In this document: piece by piece, positions 46,027-56,038 of the stretch
Numbering within the stretch: position 1 is the stretch's first letter
Layout of the letters: the number at the start of each line of letters is the position of its first letter
From: Smithellaceae bacterium
Lineage (GTDB): Bacteria; Desulfobacterota; Syntrophia; Syntrophales; Smithellaceae
Length of the DNA stretch: 64,000 nucleotides
Assembly (NCBI GenBank): GCA_963667845.2
Contig: CAXXVL010000002.1
Location: 192,001 to 256,000 of the forward strand
Reading direction: 5' to 3'
Translations under genes and position numbers: made by a program
Notes under the pieces: model-generated
The model's input: the letters and a program-made list of their open reading frames with translations, nothing else
Told to the model about the DNA's origin: nothing
The model's database searches: none

Positions 46027-47760
46027 CTAAGTCAGGGCAAGCAGGTAAGACCGGAGATTGGTATCCGAAGAGACGAGGTTCAATTTCTCACGAATGCTGT
46101 TTCGATAGGAATTGACCGTCCCGACGGACAGGTTGAAGACCTCGGCAATGTCTTTGGAGCTTTTCCCCTGTTTGATCAGGGCGGCGACCTGAAGCTCCCT
46201 GGGGGAAAGGCTTTTGTAGGCGATGGAGAGCTGGTTGATAAAGGGCGAGGCGATATTATGCAGGTTGGTTTCCAGCACATTCAAGTATTCCAGTTTCTGC
46301 TTGCCTGCGTGCGCGCCGCGCAATTTCTGGACGTAGGGGATCACCAGCTGATGGATGTTGGACTGCAGGGACTCCTGAAGGTTCTTCTGATCTTCATCAC
46401 GGCTCTTTAAAAGAACGCGCAGGGTCGTGTTGATTTCCTGCAGTTCGAAGGTGCGTTCCTTAACGCGGGTTTCCAGTTCATCGAGGGTTTTCTGCAGATT
46501 TTCTTCCACTCTTTTTCTCACCGTGATGTCGCGTATGCCGAAAACAGCCCCCAGGAAATTTCTCTGCTGATCCAGCATATAGGCCCCGGTTGCTTCCAGC
46601 CATATATATTCGCCGCGCGCATGCTTGTAGCGGCACTCGATCTTACCCGGAGAAAATGTGGCGAGCGAATCCCTCAAAACCTTTTCAATGGCGGGAAGAT
46701 CTTCCGGATGGATAAAATCCGTAAGCGATTTCCCTTCCCTGTCTCTGGCCGCGTATCCCATGACGCTGGATACGGACGGGCTGATGTAAACGATTTTGAA
46801 ATCCCGGTCCGTCATGACAATGATATCCTTCATATTGTCCGTAACCAGACGCAGACGTTCCTCGCTTTCGCGCAGCGCCTCCTGTGCCCTTTTACGATCC
46901 GTAATGTTCAGCTGCGTGCCGGTAAACCGGAGCGGTTTCCCCTTCTCATCCCAGCTCACCACCCGCCCGCGCCCCAGGACCCAGATCCAGTCGCCCGACT
47001 TGTGGCGCAGACGATATTCCATTTCGACCAATTGGCGGTTGCCCGACATAATTTCCCGAACCTTTTCCTTGATATTCGGGAGGTCATCCGGGTGGATGAT
47101 TTTCATCCAGGCGTCAATATTAAGGGCCAGAAAGTCCTCTCTTTGATAGCCGAGCATACCAAGATAACGATCATCGACATAGGACACGCCTGTCCTGCTG
47201 TTGATATCGTACAGGCCGAGCTCCGCTCCGGCCAGCACCAGTTCCATTCTCTCCTGGATGCTGCGGATGGCCTCTTCGGCTTTTTTGCGTTCGGTGATAT
47301 TGTGATAAAGGGTTCTGAATCCGGTAGGCTGCCCGTGACTGTCCCTAATCAGGCTGACCGTGCATTCATACAGGTTTTTTTCTCCGGCTTTATTGACCGA
47401 TTCCAGCTCGGAGCTTGTCGAGGGGATGCCTGTTTTGTAGACTTCGTTATAAATCCGGAAGGCAGCGTCAATTTCTTTCGGGTCGATATAGTTGCGAAAG
47501 TTGCGCCCCTGCAGCTCCTCGCGGTTATAGCCAATGGCCTTGACGTAGGCTTCATTGAAATAAAGGGTATTGCCGGCCAGGTCATGCTCGGCATAGGGCT
47601 CCGAAATGGTTTCGATCGCGGCGCGATACCTCGCCTCACTCTCCTTGAGGAGGTCGCCGGGAAAGGCCTGCCTGTCGATCCGTTCCTTTTCTGCAAGGCA
47701 TGCACGCAGACGCTGCAATTCCCCGACAAGCTGTTCCTTTGTTTTTTCCCGATCTTCCAT
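46027..47760 (-). CDS. Triple-PAS LuxR-family transcriptional regulator
   Basis: Three PAS/PAC domains; LSPRELQVAALIKQGKSSKDIA...YRNSIREKL HTH; start MEDREK. Confidence 0.9.
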   Translation of the reverse strand: MEDREKTKEQLVGELQRLRACLAEKERIDRQAFPGDLLKESEARYRAAIETISEPYAEHDLAGNTLYFNEAYVKAIGYNREELQGRNFRNYIDPKEIDAAFRIYNEVYKTGIPSTSSELESVNKAGEKNLYECTVSLIRDSHGQPTGFRTLYHNITERKKAEEAIRSIQERMELVLAGAELGLYDINSRTGVSYVDDRYLGMLGYQREDFLALNIDAWMKIIHPDDLPNIKEKVREIMSGNRQLVEMEYRLRHKSGDWIWVLGRGRVVSWDEKGKPLRFTGTQLNITDRKRAQEALRESEERLRLVTDNMKDIIVMTDRDFKIVYISPSVSSVMGYAARDREGKSLTDFIHPEDLPAIEKVLRDSLATFSPGKIECRYKHARGEYIWLEATGAYMLDQQRNFLGAVFGIRDITVRKRVEENLQKTLDELETRVKERTFELQEINTTLRVLLKSRDEDQKNLQESLQSNIHQLVIPYVQKLRGAHAGKQKLEYLNVLETNLHNIASPFINQLSIAYKSLSPRELQVAALIKQGKSSKDIAEVFNLSVGTVNSYRNSIREKLNLVSSDTNLRSYLLALT

Positions 47761-47803
47761 AACCTTTTCCCTGCGGGAAATTTGATGACAGGGCGTGCCT
47801 TCC

Positions 47804-49249
47804 CTACTTCGCGGGAAGCGCCGCCCCGCGTTTCTTATGGTAGAGAGCAAACTTGCCCAGCGCCAGGGCCGCCCGCTGGATCGAGGGGAAGACGGTAATC
47901 CCCGCGGTGGCCAGCGCTTTGCCCGCATCGAGGGCCAGCTTCCGCATCTCGGCCGAACTATAGCTGTGCAGGATAACCGCAAGCGGTTTACCGATTTCTT
48001 TCTTAAATTGCTTGATCAGTTCGAGATACACACCGATCATAAACTCCTTGTCTTTGATGGAGATCAGGCCGAAATGGTCAAACGCCACATGGATAATGAG
48101 CAGGTCCGCTTCCTCCGACTGATCAAGGGTTTTCATCGTCTTTAAGAAAATGTCGGCGCTTTCAAAATTGTTGAGGTCGATGGGATTCTTAAAAATCCGG
48201 CCGGCCTCCGTGGAGAAAAGTTCGATCAGACTCCGGCGCAGCTTGTCGCTCAACCTTGGCAGCGTAAGGCCCGCACGCGTAAATTCATCCGCCAGGAGAA
48301 CGCTGGCGCCGCCGCCGATGCCGATAATCACGATCTTGTTTCCCGCGGGCGCCGGCATGTGCTCGAAGGCCAGCGTGAGATCCATCATTTCTTCGATGCT
48401 GCCGGCGCGGACGGCCCCCGCCTGCCTGAGAATGCCGTCCCATACCCCGTCTGCGCCGGCCATCGCGGTGGTATGCGATACCGCCGCTTCGGCGCCCGAC
48501 GCGGAGGTGCCCACTTTTAAGATGATGGTGGGTTTGGTCCCGGCGGCTCTTTTCAGCGCCTTGAAAAAGCGCGGCCCCTGCCGGACGCCCTCGATGTAGG
48601 CGGTGATAATTTTCGTCTCCTCATCATCCGCCAGATATTCGAGGTAGTCCGATTCGTTCAGATCGGCGCCGTTTCCCATACTGATGACCTTGCTGAACAA
48701 GACGCCCCGGCTGTTGCCTTCCTGCACGCAGTGCGCGGCATTGCCCCCGCTCTGCGAGATCATAGCGACCGGACCGCTCCCCTTTTCAAAGTCGGCATTG
48801 AAAGAAAGGCCGCCTCCCGGGCAATAAAGACCCAGGCAATTGGGTCCGATCACGCGGATGCCGCCCTTTTTCGCCCGGCCCATGATGTCCGCCTGCAGAC
48901 GCTTGCCTTCGGCATTTTCGATTTCGCTGAAACCCGAGGTAAAGAAGTGGATGGCCTTGACGCCTTTTTGGGCCGCATCGGCCACAAGCTGCGGCGTATA
49001 CGGGGCGGGAATGGCGGAGATGATGAAATCGACTTTATCCGGAATATCTTTGACGCTTTTATAGATGGTCATTCCATTGATTTCGCCGCCGCTTGGGTTC
49101 ATCGGATAAAGCTTCCCCTTGAAGCCGAATTGCATCAGGCTTTCGAGGTACTTCAGACCGGCGTTGAACTGTTTCACCTTCTCCGAAACACCGGCGATAG
49201 CAATCGTTTGAGGATGAAACAGGAAATCGAGATTTTCGGTATTTTTCAT
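47804..49249 (-). CDS. ADP-forming acyl-CoA synthetase alpha-subunit-like (CoA-binding) protein
   Basis: IAGVS, IGPNCLG, SQSGG, VSHTTAMAG, NPID; no ATP-grasp domain. Confidence 0.85.
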   Translation of the reverse strand: MKNTENLDFLFHPQTIAIAGVSEKVKQFNAGLKYLESLMQFGFKGKLYPMNPSGGEINGMTIYKSVKDIPDKVDFIISAIPAPYTPQLVADAAQKGVKAIHFFTSGFSEIENAEGKRLQADIMGRAKKGGIRVIGPNCLGLYCPGGGLSFNADFEKGSGPVAMISQSGGNAAHCVQEGNSRGVLFSKVISMGNGADLNESDYLEYLADDEETKIITAYIEGVRQGPRFFKALKRAAGTKPTIILKVGTSASGAEAAVSHTTAMAGADGVWDGILRQAGAVRAGSIEEMMDLTLAFEHMPAPAGNKIVIIGIGGGASVLLADEFTRAGLTLPRLSDKLRRSLIELFSTEAGRIFKNPIDLNNFESADIFLKTMKTLDQSEEADLLIIHVAFDHFGLISIKDKEFMIGVYLELIKQFKKEIGKPLAVILHSYSSAEMRKLALDAGKALATAGITVFPSIQRAALALGKFALYHKKRGAALPAK

Positions 49250-49463
49250 AGCGGATATCCTTCCTTTTCAAGAGAGCTTCCATTCCAGATGCACATACGC
49301 GATCCGGGGACTGAGACAGAGTCCTATTTTGGACGATCAAATGTCAAGCCTAAAAATGCAGGTCCATCCGATTCTTCGCTCCGGAGACCGGTCTTGGCCG
49401 GACTTGACATTCTTCTTCACCACTTTAATTTTAATAGAAGAAAAGGAACGAGGAGGTTATGGG

Positions 49464-49823
49464 ATGAGTAAAAGAATAGTGATTATTTTTCTATTGCTAG
49501 CTTTGCTCGGCTGCACGCCTTATGTTAAACGGGATTTCACCAGTTATTCTTTTAACGGCAAAGAAGTGAAATTGGGAATGAACGCAAGTGAAGTAAGTGA
49601 AATAGCCGGCCAGCCGACAAAAGTGACGATTCCGGAGTCGGTTTCGGACATTAGCAATAATACAATGTTTGCAAATGATCCGGCTTATCGGTATCTGTCC
49701 AGATATCATTCCTATCGGGAATACTGGCAATATGGAAGTTTGGAAGACGGCGACAAAGAACAGATCAAAATTACGATCGCCAATGGAAAAGTCACGAAGA
49801 TTCGGAAATGCACACTGAAGTAA
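49464..49823 (+). CDS. Lipoprotein, SmpA/OmlA(BamE)-like fold
   Basis: GAGGAGG SD; LLGC lipobox; VKLGMNASEV..IAGQP...EYWQY...I.NGKV. Confidence 0.65.
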   Translation: MSKRIVIIFLLLALLGCTPYVKRDFTSYSFNGKEVKLGMNASEVSEIAGQPTKVTIPESVSDISNNTMFANDPAYRYLSRYHSYREYWQYGSLEDGDKEQIKITIANGKVTKIRKCTLK

Positions 49824-50326
49824 CGCCGTTTCGCTTAAGGCCCGTCATCGGCCGCTGCCGCCTCGCCCTCGTGTCCCGGCGAGAGCGACATCCTCTCACT
49901 GCCGCATTGTTAAATTGTAAAATCTATAGTATTTCCCCTGGCGGATTTTAAACCTTACGGATAGAAATGATCTCAGGTGTCACATTGTCATTTGCGGCGC
50001 TTGCGTCTCGTGGGCCGCGTGCTGTCGGTCCGGACTGCGCAGGAGATGAGGCGCGAAGAGACCGTCAACCGTAACGACGGCTATTCAGCCTGGACATCAC
50101 CCCTTAACAAGACTGCGCCCGTTCTCAAAAAAATCACTCCGATCACTACCGCTGTAAAGCGCCTCGGCTCTTCACCAGCCTGTTTCCTCCCGTCCGCTAA
50201 TGAGCGGCATTTTATCTCAAATGGCCAAATAGGAAGCTTTTTTAGATGCCTTCGGGTCGGTGGCGCGCAGGCATTGTAATCGCCCGTGACATTTGATAAG
50301 GATTATGCCCGTAAAGGAATCCGACG

Positions 50327-51391
50327 ATGAACGATATCTACGAACAATTGCGCGACAGGCTGGAAATGATGGCGACCGGCTACCCGGCGGCAAACGGCGT
50401 CGAGTTGAAAATCCTCCGGCAGCTTTTCAGCGAGGATGATGCGGACCTGTTTTTGAAGCTCACCACCAAACCGGAAACGGCCCCGGAGGTGGCCTCGCGG
50501 CTGGGGACCGATGCCGCGGACATCGCCGCCCGGCTGGAAGGGATGGCCCGCAGGGGGCTGATCTTCCGGGTCAGGCCCGATGACGAGATCCGCTATTTTC
50601 CGGTTCCTTTCATTGTCGGCATCTACGAGTTTCAGCTGAACAATTTAAACATGCCGCTTTTGAAAGATATCTCGCAGTATTATCTGACCGGCCTGGGCGC
50701 AACATTCCACGGGCAGAAAACGCCTCACCTGCGCTCCATTCCCATCAACGCCGAGATCGTCGCCGACCGCCCCGTCTTTCCCTACGATGACGCGGCTGCC
50801 ATTATCCGCAGCAAATCGCGCATTGCCGTGGCCGAGTGCTTCTGCCGCAAGGCCGTGCGGATGTATGGCAAAACCTGCGTGCATCCTCTGGAGACGTGCC
50901 TCCAGTTTGAGACCTTCGCCGACTATTATGTGGAAAACAAAATGGCGCGCTGGATCACCACGGACGAGGCTCTGGCCGTCCTGAAGCAAAGCGAGGCGGA
51001 AGGCCTGGTCATCCATATTCTGAACTCCCGGAAGGTCGAAGCGATGTGCTGCTGTTGCTCGTGCTGCTGCGGCATGCTGATTTCGCTTAAACTCTTCCCG
51101 GCCCCGGCCCGGGCGGTGAAAAGTAATTATGCCTGTCATTTTACCGCTACCCTCTGCACCGATTGCGGCATTTGCGCCGGGCGCTGCACTGTCGGGGCGT
51201 TCAAGATGAAGGATGACAAGATCGAGTTTCATGCCGACCGCTGCATCGGCTGCGGCCTTTGCGTCACCACCTGCCCCACCGCTGCACTTACGCTTGCGAA
51301 AAAATCCGCTGAACGTCTGTACACCCCGCCGCCCACGGTCTATGACACCTACGCCGTGATGAGCCGGGAGAAAGGGCATGGTCATGAATAA
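50327..51391 (+). CDS. wHTH + Cys-rich + 2x[4Fe-4S] ferredoxin protein
   Basis: CFCRK, MCCCCSCCCG, CTDCGICAGRC, CIGCGLCVTTCP. Confidence 0.85.
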   Translation: MNDIYEQLRDRLEMMATGYPAANGVELKILRQLFSEDDADLFLKLTTKPETAPEVASRLGTDAADIAARLEGMARRGLIFRVRPDDEIRYFPVPFIVGIYEFQLNNLNMPLLKDISQYYLTGLGATFHGQKTPHLRSIPINAEIVADRPVFPYDDAAAIIRSKSRIAVAECFCRKAVRMYGKTCVHPLETCLQFETFADYYVENKMARWITTDEALAVLKQSEAEGLVIHILNSRKVEAMCCCCSCCCGMLISLKLFPAPARAVKSNYACHFTATLCTDCGICAGRCTVGAFKMKDDKIEFHADRCIGCGLCVTTCPTAALTLAKKSAERLYTPPPTVYDTYAVMSREKGHGHE

Positions 51392-52286
51392 AGAAACAAA
51401 AATCCGCTTTCACGAAAATCCCGAACGCTTCATCGAAGAGGCAATCAAACGGTTTGTGCGTGAAAGCAGCGCCAACCGGCTCAAAAGCTTCGGGGACGCC
51501 CCCATCTTTGAAGAGCCGCTCATCGGCTTTGCCGCGGGCGATGATCCGCTTTTTGACGAATATAAAAAAGTCGTCCATGAAGAACATTTTATGCCGCGCG
51601 AAATCCTGACCAGGCACCTTCGGGAAACCCTGAAAAGCGAAGGCCCGCCGCCGGAAATCGCGAGCGTTATTTCTTTTGTGCTGCCCGCCAACCGCGAAAC
51701 CCTGCGCTCGAACGCCCTGGAAAAAGAAGGGCCGTCGCTGCGCTGGAACCATACCCGCTGGCTGGGGCAGGAGTTCATCGACGCACTCTCCAATCACCTG
51801 ACGGGCCTTATCGAATCGCTGGGCGTTCCCGCCATCGCGCCGGGCGTGTCGCCTTTTTTTAAAATCATGGCCGTGCCCGGCGGCTTTTCCTCCAACTGGT
51901 CGCAGCGGCATGCCGCGTATGCCGCCGGTCTGGGAACCTTCAGCCTGAATGAAGGCTTCATCACCGCCCGCGGCATGGCGATACGCCTGGGCAGCGTGGT
52001 CGCCGGTTTAAAACTCACACCATCCGTCAGACCCTATCAGCATTATCGCGCCAACTGTCTTTTTTACCGGGGAATTAAATGCGGCCGGTGCATCATTCGC
52101 TGCCCGGGCGGCGCCTTGAGCGAAAAGGGCCACGACAAACTCAAGTGCTTCAACATCCTCTATGAAAAGCAGGCGCCCTGGTTAAAAGGCGAGCACGGGC
52201 CGGGCTACATCGGCCAATACGCAGGCTGCGGCTTGTGCCAGACGGGCGTGCCCTGCCAGAGCCGCATTCCGGAAAAGTGTGAATGA
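51378..52286 (+). CDS. QueG/reductive dehalogenase-superfamily Fe-S (cobalamin) protein
   Basis: SNWSQRHAAYAAGLGTFSLNEGFIT..G..IRLGSVV; CGRCIIRCP; CGLCQTGVPC. Confidence 0.8.
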   Translation: MVMNKETKIRFHENPERFIEEAIKRFVRESSANRLKSFGDAPIFEEPLIGFAAGDDPLFDEYKKVVHEEHFMPREILTRHLRETLKSEGPPPEIASVISFVLPANRETLRSNALEKEGPSLRWNHTRWLGQEFIDALSNHLTGLIESLGVPAIAPGVSPFFKIMAVPGGFSSNWSQRHAAYAAGLGTFSLNEGFITARGMAIRLGSVVAGLKLTPSVRPYQHYRANCLFYRGIKCGRCIIRCPGGALSEKGHDKLKCFNILYEKQAPWLKGEHGPGYIGQYAGCGLCQTGVPCQSRIPEKCE

Positions 52287-52531
52287 TCGGGAGAGAAGCC
52301 GGGCGTGAAATAATGATGGACAATTATAGATGGGTGACGTAATTTTTGCGCGGCCCTCATCAACCTATTGTCTCCGGGCTGCCGGTGCAGGCGTTACGAC
52401 ATCGCAGCCAACCGGGGCGGACCCGGGGTATCCCAGAACAATCGACGGCAACACCTGGCTGGGGCTTAAGTGGTAGCTGAAAAGCTGAGCGGGCTTGATC
52501 GGGCCGGGTTCGCGAATCGCTGGAGTTTGAT

Positions 52532-54133
52532 ATGGCACACCGCATGAGCATCAAGGATTTGCTGCCGTGGTTGGCCGCCGCGGGTGGCGGCATTCTGGCA
52601 TTCCTCGGCTATGCCGGATTCGACCAGTTCTATCTGGAATGGATCTGTCTGGTCCCGATCCTGTGGGCGATTCGGAAACAAAGCCCGGTCCGGGCGTTTT
52701 TCATCGGCTGGGTCGCGGGCGTAACCGCACACGGCGGCGGATTCTACTGGGTCATTCACATGTTCCGGGAATTTGCAGGCATGCCCTGGCCCCCGGCGTT
52801 TTTAGGCCTGGCGCTGCTTGCCGCGGCCAACGGCGTTGTGTTTGCGGTCTGGGCCGGAGCAACACGGTTTGTCACGCGCGCCACCGGCTGGAGCGTGATC
52901 TGGGTGTCACCCGTTATCTGGACGGCGCTCGAAAAATTCTGGCCCGAGATTTTCCCCAATTACCTTGGCGCAAGCCAGTACACCTTCACGCTCTTGACGC
53001 AGATCGCCGATGTGACGGGTATTCTCGGCATCACTTTCCTGATTGTCTATGCCAATTCATTCATCTACGCCGTAATGGAGAGACGGCTTACGAAGCTGCC
53101 TTTCCCCCGGCTGCAGGCGGCCGTTTTTGCGGCTGTTATTCTGGCGGCGCTGACTTACGGGGTTGTTCGTATCCACAGCGTGGATCAGGAGGCGGCGGCA
53201 GCCCCGAAGCTAACGGTCGGTCTGGTGCAAACCAATCGGGGAGCAGGCGAGAAGCATATCGACCGCGAACGCTTCCTTCGTGAGCACCAGGAAATGTCCA
53301 GAGAACTCGTCTCTGTCCACAAACCCGACCTTCTGGTCTGGCCCGAAAATATCCTGATGGCCGACATCACGTCCCGCCGGGCCCAGTTGCCGCCCTCCGT
53401 ATTCGGCAACCTCCGGACACCCGTGCTGTTCGGCGCAATTCTGCGGATCGATCAAGGCGGTGAGAGCCGCATCTATAACAGTTCCGTCCTGGTCGACGGG
53501 TCGGGACAAATGCTCGGCTCGTACGATAAAATGGTGCTCGTCCCCTTCGGCGAATACATCCCTTTCGGAGACACGTTTCCCGTCCTGTATTCCTGGTCAC
53601 CGTATTCGAGCCGGTTCTGGAGAGGAGAGAACGTCGAACCGATCATGATGGGTCTGCATCCGATCTCGGTGAACATTTGCTACGAAGATATTTTTCCGGG
53701 GCAGATCCGCGAGCTGATGAAAGGCGGGCGCGATCGCCGCATCCCCGAGGCCATGTTCAACGTGACGGATGATTCCTGGTACGGCGATACGGTCGAACCC
53801 ACGGAACACCTGGCGCTCGCCGGCTTCCGGGCGATTGAGCACAGGCGGCCCCTGGTACGTTCCACAACAACCGGCATCTCCGCGATCATCGATCCGGTGG
53901 GCCGGCAGGTTATGCGCACCGGACAGTGGACGAAAGAAACGCTTGTCGGCTCGATTCCTCTGATGAAGGGACGCACGGCTTATGCGATTCTCGGAGACTG
54001 GATCGGCTGGCTGTGCGCTATTCTCGCCGCTTATGGCATCGCGAGGGGTTATCAGCTTACCCGGCGTCGCGTTAAAGAAAAGCCGGTGGATCCTTTAAAG
54101 ACGCGCGGCAGGCGTCCGCGCAAATCCCATTGA
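52532..54133 (+). CDS. lnt: Apolipoprotein N-acyltransferase
   Basis: N-terminal TMs; nitrilase triad motifs WPE, YDK..LVPFGEY, ICYE. Confidence 0.9.
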   Translation: MAHRMSIKDLLPWLAAAGGGILAFLGYAGFDQFYLEWICLVPILWAIRKQSPVRAFFIGWVAGVTAHGGGFYWVIHMFREFAGMPWPPAFLGLALLAAANGVVFAVWAGATRFVTRATGWSVIWVSPVIWTALEKFWPEIFPNYLGASQYTFTLLTQIADVTGILGITFLIVYANSFIYAVMERRLTKLPFPRLQAAVFAAVILAALTYGVVRIHSVDQEAAAAPKLTVGLVQTNRGAGEKHIDRERFLREHQEMSRELVSVHKPDLLVWPENILMADITSRRAQLPPSVFGNLRTPVLFGAILRIDQGGESRIYNSSVLVDGSGQMLGSYDKMVLVPFGEYIPFGDTFPVLYSWSPYSSRFWRGENVEPIMMGLHPISVNICYEDIFPGQIRELMKGGRDRRIPEAMFNVTDDSWYGDTVEPTEHLALAGFRAIEHRRPLVRSTTTGISAIIDPVGRQVMRTGQWTKETLVGSIPLMKGRTAYAILGDWIGWLCAILAAYGIARGYQLTRRRVKEKPVDPLKTRGRRPRKSH

Positions 54134-54339
54134 TTTCCGGCCGACCCGTGCCGGCTCGCAGCCATTTCGGCTCGCAGCCCGTTATTGACATCACATCCGC
54201 CTTCTCTTATACTTCCGCACAAAACCAAGAAGGCGCTAACCGGAAATTGAACGCGGGAAAATCAGCTGATGAGAATATCCACGGGTCGCACGATCGAACT
54301 GTAAAGATATTGTCCCTCTCTTAGAGCAAAGGAGAAATT

Positions 54340-55098
54340 ATGGTCAGCTTTTCACTGAAAGACAAAGTGGCATTGATTACCGGGGCCAGCCGGGGCATCG
54401 GCAAGGCCATCGCCTTAACGCTCGCTGAATACGGAGCGCACTGCATTCTTGCCAGCCGCAAGATCGACGACCTCAAAACCGTCGAAAATAAAATCAAAGG
54501 AGCGGGAGGCAAGGCCGATTCGATTGCCTGCCACATGGGCGATCTCAAGCAGGTCGAATCCCTGATCTCCGGGATCGGCAACCGTTTCGGAAAATTGAAC
54601 ATCCTCGTCAACAACGCGGCAACGAATCCGCACTTCGGCGGCATGCTGACGGCGAGTGAGGGAATGTGGGATAAGACCCATGCAGTCAATCTTAAAGGCC
54701 CCTTTTTCCTGATCCAGAAAGCCACACCGCTCATCGAAGCCTCCGGCGGCGGTTCCATCGTCAATGTTGCCTCCGTCAACGGCGTCAAACCGGGGTTAAA
54801 CCGGGGCATCTATTCCATCAGCAAGGCCGGCATGATCCTCATGACCAAGGCCTATGCCGAGGAACTCGCCCCGAAAAAAATCCGGGTCAACGCCCTGCTG
54901 CCCGGCCTCACGAAAACGAAATTTGCCGGAGCCCTTTTTCAAGATGAAGCCATTTACAAGGAAGCGATTAAGAACATCCCCCTGGGACGGTCGGCAAAAC
55001 CCGAGGAGATGGCGGGGGCTGTCCTGTTTCTGGTATCCGAAGCATCGTCCTTTACGACGGGCGCCTGCCTCATCTGCGACGGGGGCCGTTTGATATAG
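54340..55098 (+). CDS. Short-chain dehydrogenase/reductase
   Basis: TGASRGIG, NNAATNP, YSISK. Confidence 0.93.
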   Translation: MVSFSLKDKVALITGASRGIGKAIALTLAEYGAHCILASRKIDDLKTVENKIKGAGGKADSIACHMGDLKQVESLISGIGNRFGKLNILVNNAATNPHFGGMLTASEGMWDKTHAVNLKGPFFLIQKATPLIEASGGGSIVNVASVNGVKPGLNRGIYSISKAGMILMTKAYAEELAPKKIRVNALLPGLTKTKFAGALFQDEAIYKEAIKNIPLGRSAKPEEMAGAVLFLVSEASSFTTGACLICDGGRLI

Positions 55099-55195
55099 AC
55101 CGGCGTTTCTCGAACGAGCCGGGTCGTTTGCAGCGCGCCGGCTGGGCCTGGTTCCTTCGAATAGGGCCCCGCCGGCAGCCTCTCTCGGAATAACC

Positions 55196-55220
55196 TTGAC
55201 ATAATAGAATTTATATTCCA
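55196..55220 (+). promoter_or_regulatory. TetR autoregulatory promoter/operator
   Basis: TTGACA at 55196 followed by the TAGAATTTATATTCCA palindrome. Confidence 0.7.
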
Positions 55221-55230
55221 TTAATTTTTC

Positions 55231-55809
55231 ATGGGACGCAAAGCTCACTTTCAACACGAGGAGTTCCTCGACGCAGCCGTTGCGATCATCGCCAAGGACG
55301 GTCTCGGCGCGCTCACGATTGCAGCACTCGCCAAACGGGTCAACGCGCCTGTGGGCTCGGTTTACCATCGCTTCCCATCGCGCGACGCGCTTCTTGCAGA
55401 AGTCTGGCTCAACATCATCGAGGCCTTTCAGAGTGAATTTCTGGTGAAACTTCAGGAAGACGGACTTGAGGCCACCCTGTCCTGCCTGGAATGGGTTCGC
55501 CGTAATCCCAGCGAAGCGCGGATCATGCTGCTTTATCGCGTCTACGATCTCACGTCCGGCCAGTGGCCGCCGGATATGCAGAAACGCGCCCGGCGTTTAG
55601 CCAGGGAATTAAAGGAAGGTGTCCTTTCCTTCACCAAGAGACAATTCGGACAGGTCACTAAAGAGAATAAGGATCGCGCGATTTTTGCCATCTATGACGC
55701 CCCCATCGGCATCATCAGAAGATATCTGCGCGACAATAAAGTGCCGCCGGCATCCGTCAATGAACTGATCCGTGAAACCTATCTGGCTGTCGTCGAAAAA
55801 GCTAAATAA
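55231..55809 (+). CDS. TetR family regulator
   Basis: LTIAALAKRVNAPVGSVYHRFPSRDALL HTH; no SD, possibly leaderless. Confidence 0.92.
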   Translation: MGRKAHFQHEEFLDAAVAIIAKDGLGALTIAALAKRVNAPVGSVYHRFPSRDALLAEVWLNIIEAFQSEFLVKLQEDGLEATLSCLEWVRRNPSEARIMLLYRVYDLTSGQWPPDMQKRARRLARELKEGVLSFTKRQFGQVTKENKDRAIFAIYDAPIGIIRRYLRDNKVPPASVNELIRETYLAVVEKAK

Positions 55810-55926
55810 TCGGCGGATCAGCGCCGCCTGCTTCGTCCTGCCGCAATCGCCATCATTCAAATTCCCGCCGTTCGCCTTCCGGCTCGGGGCGCATCCCATT
55901 CATTCTCACATCAGGTCCAAATATCC

Positions 55927-55958
55927 TTGACACATTTTTTAATAGAATGTATATTCTA
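55927..55958 (+). promoter_or_regulatory. Sigma70 promoter with the same TetR operator
   Basis: TTGACA-17-TATATT overlapped by TAGAATGTATATTCTA. Confidence 0.8.
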
Positions 55959-56038
55959 ATATAAAAATTTTCATCAAGCCGTCTCGTTTCCGGCAAAAAA
56001 CGCACCTAAACATTGTATGCTTTCAAAGGAGGTGTTTT

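Noticed and set aside
49977..50279. 100-aa ORF or decayed signal-peptide gene in the intergenic gap
   Set aside because: No SD or recognisable motif; the reverse-strand hydrophobic stretch is too short to support a pseudogene call.
51378..52286. Respiratory reductive dehalogenase (rdhA) or queG gene symbol
   Set aside because: No Tat signal or rdhB, too short for RdhA, and lacks the canonical QueG DYH motif.
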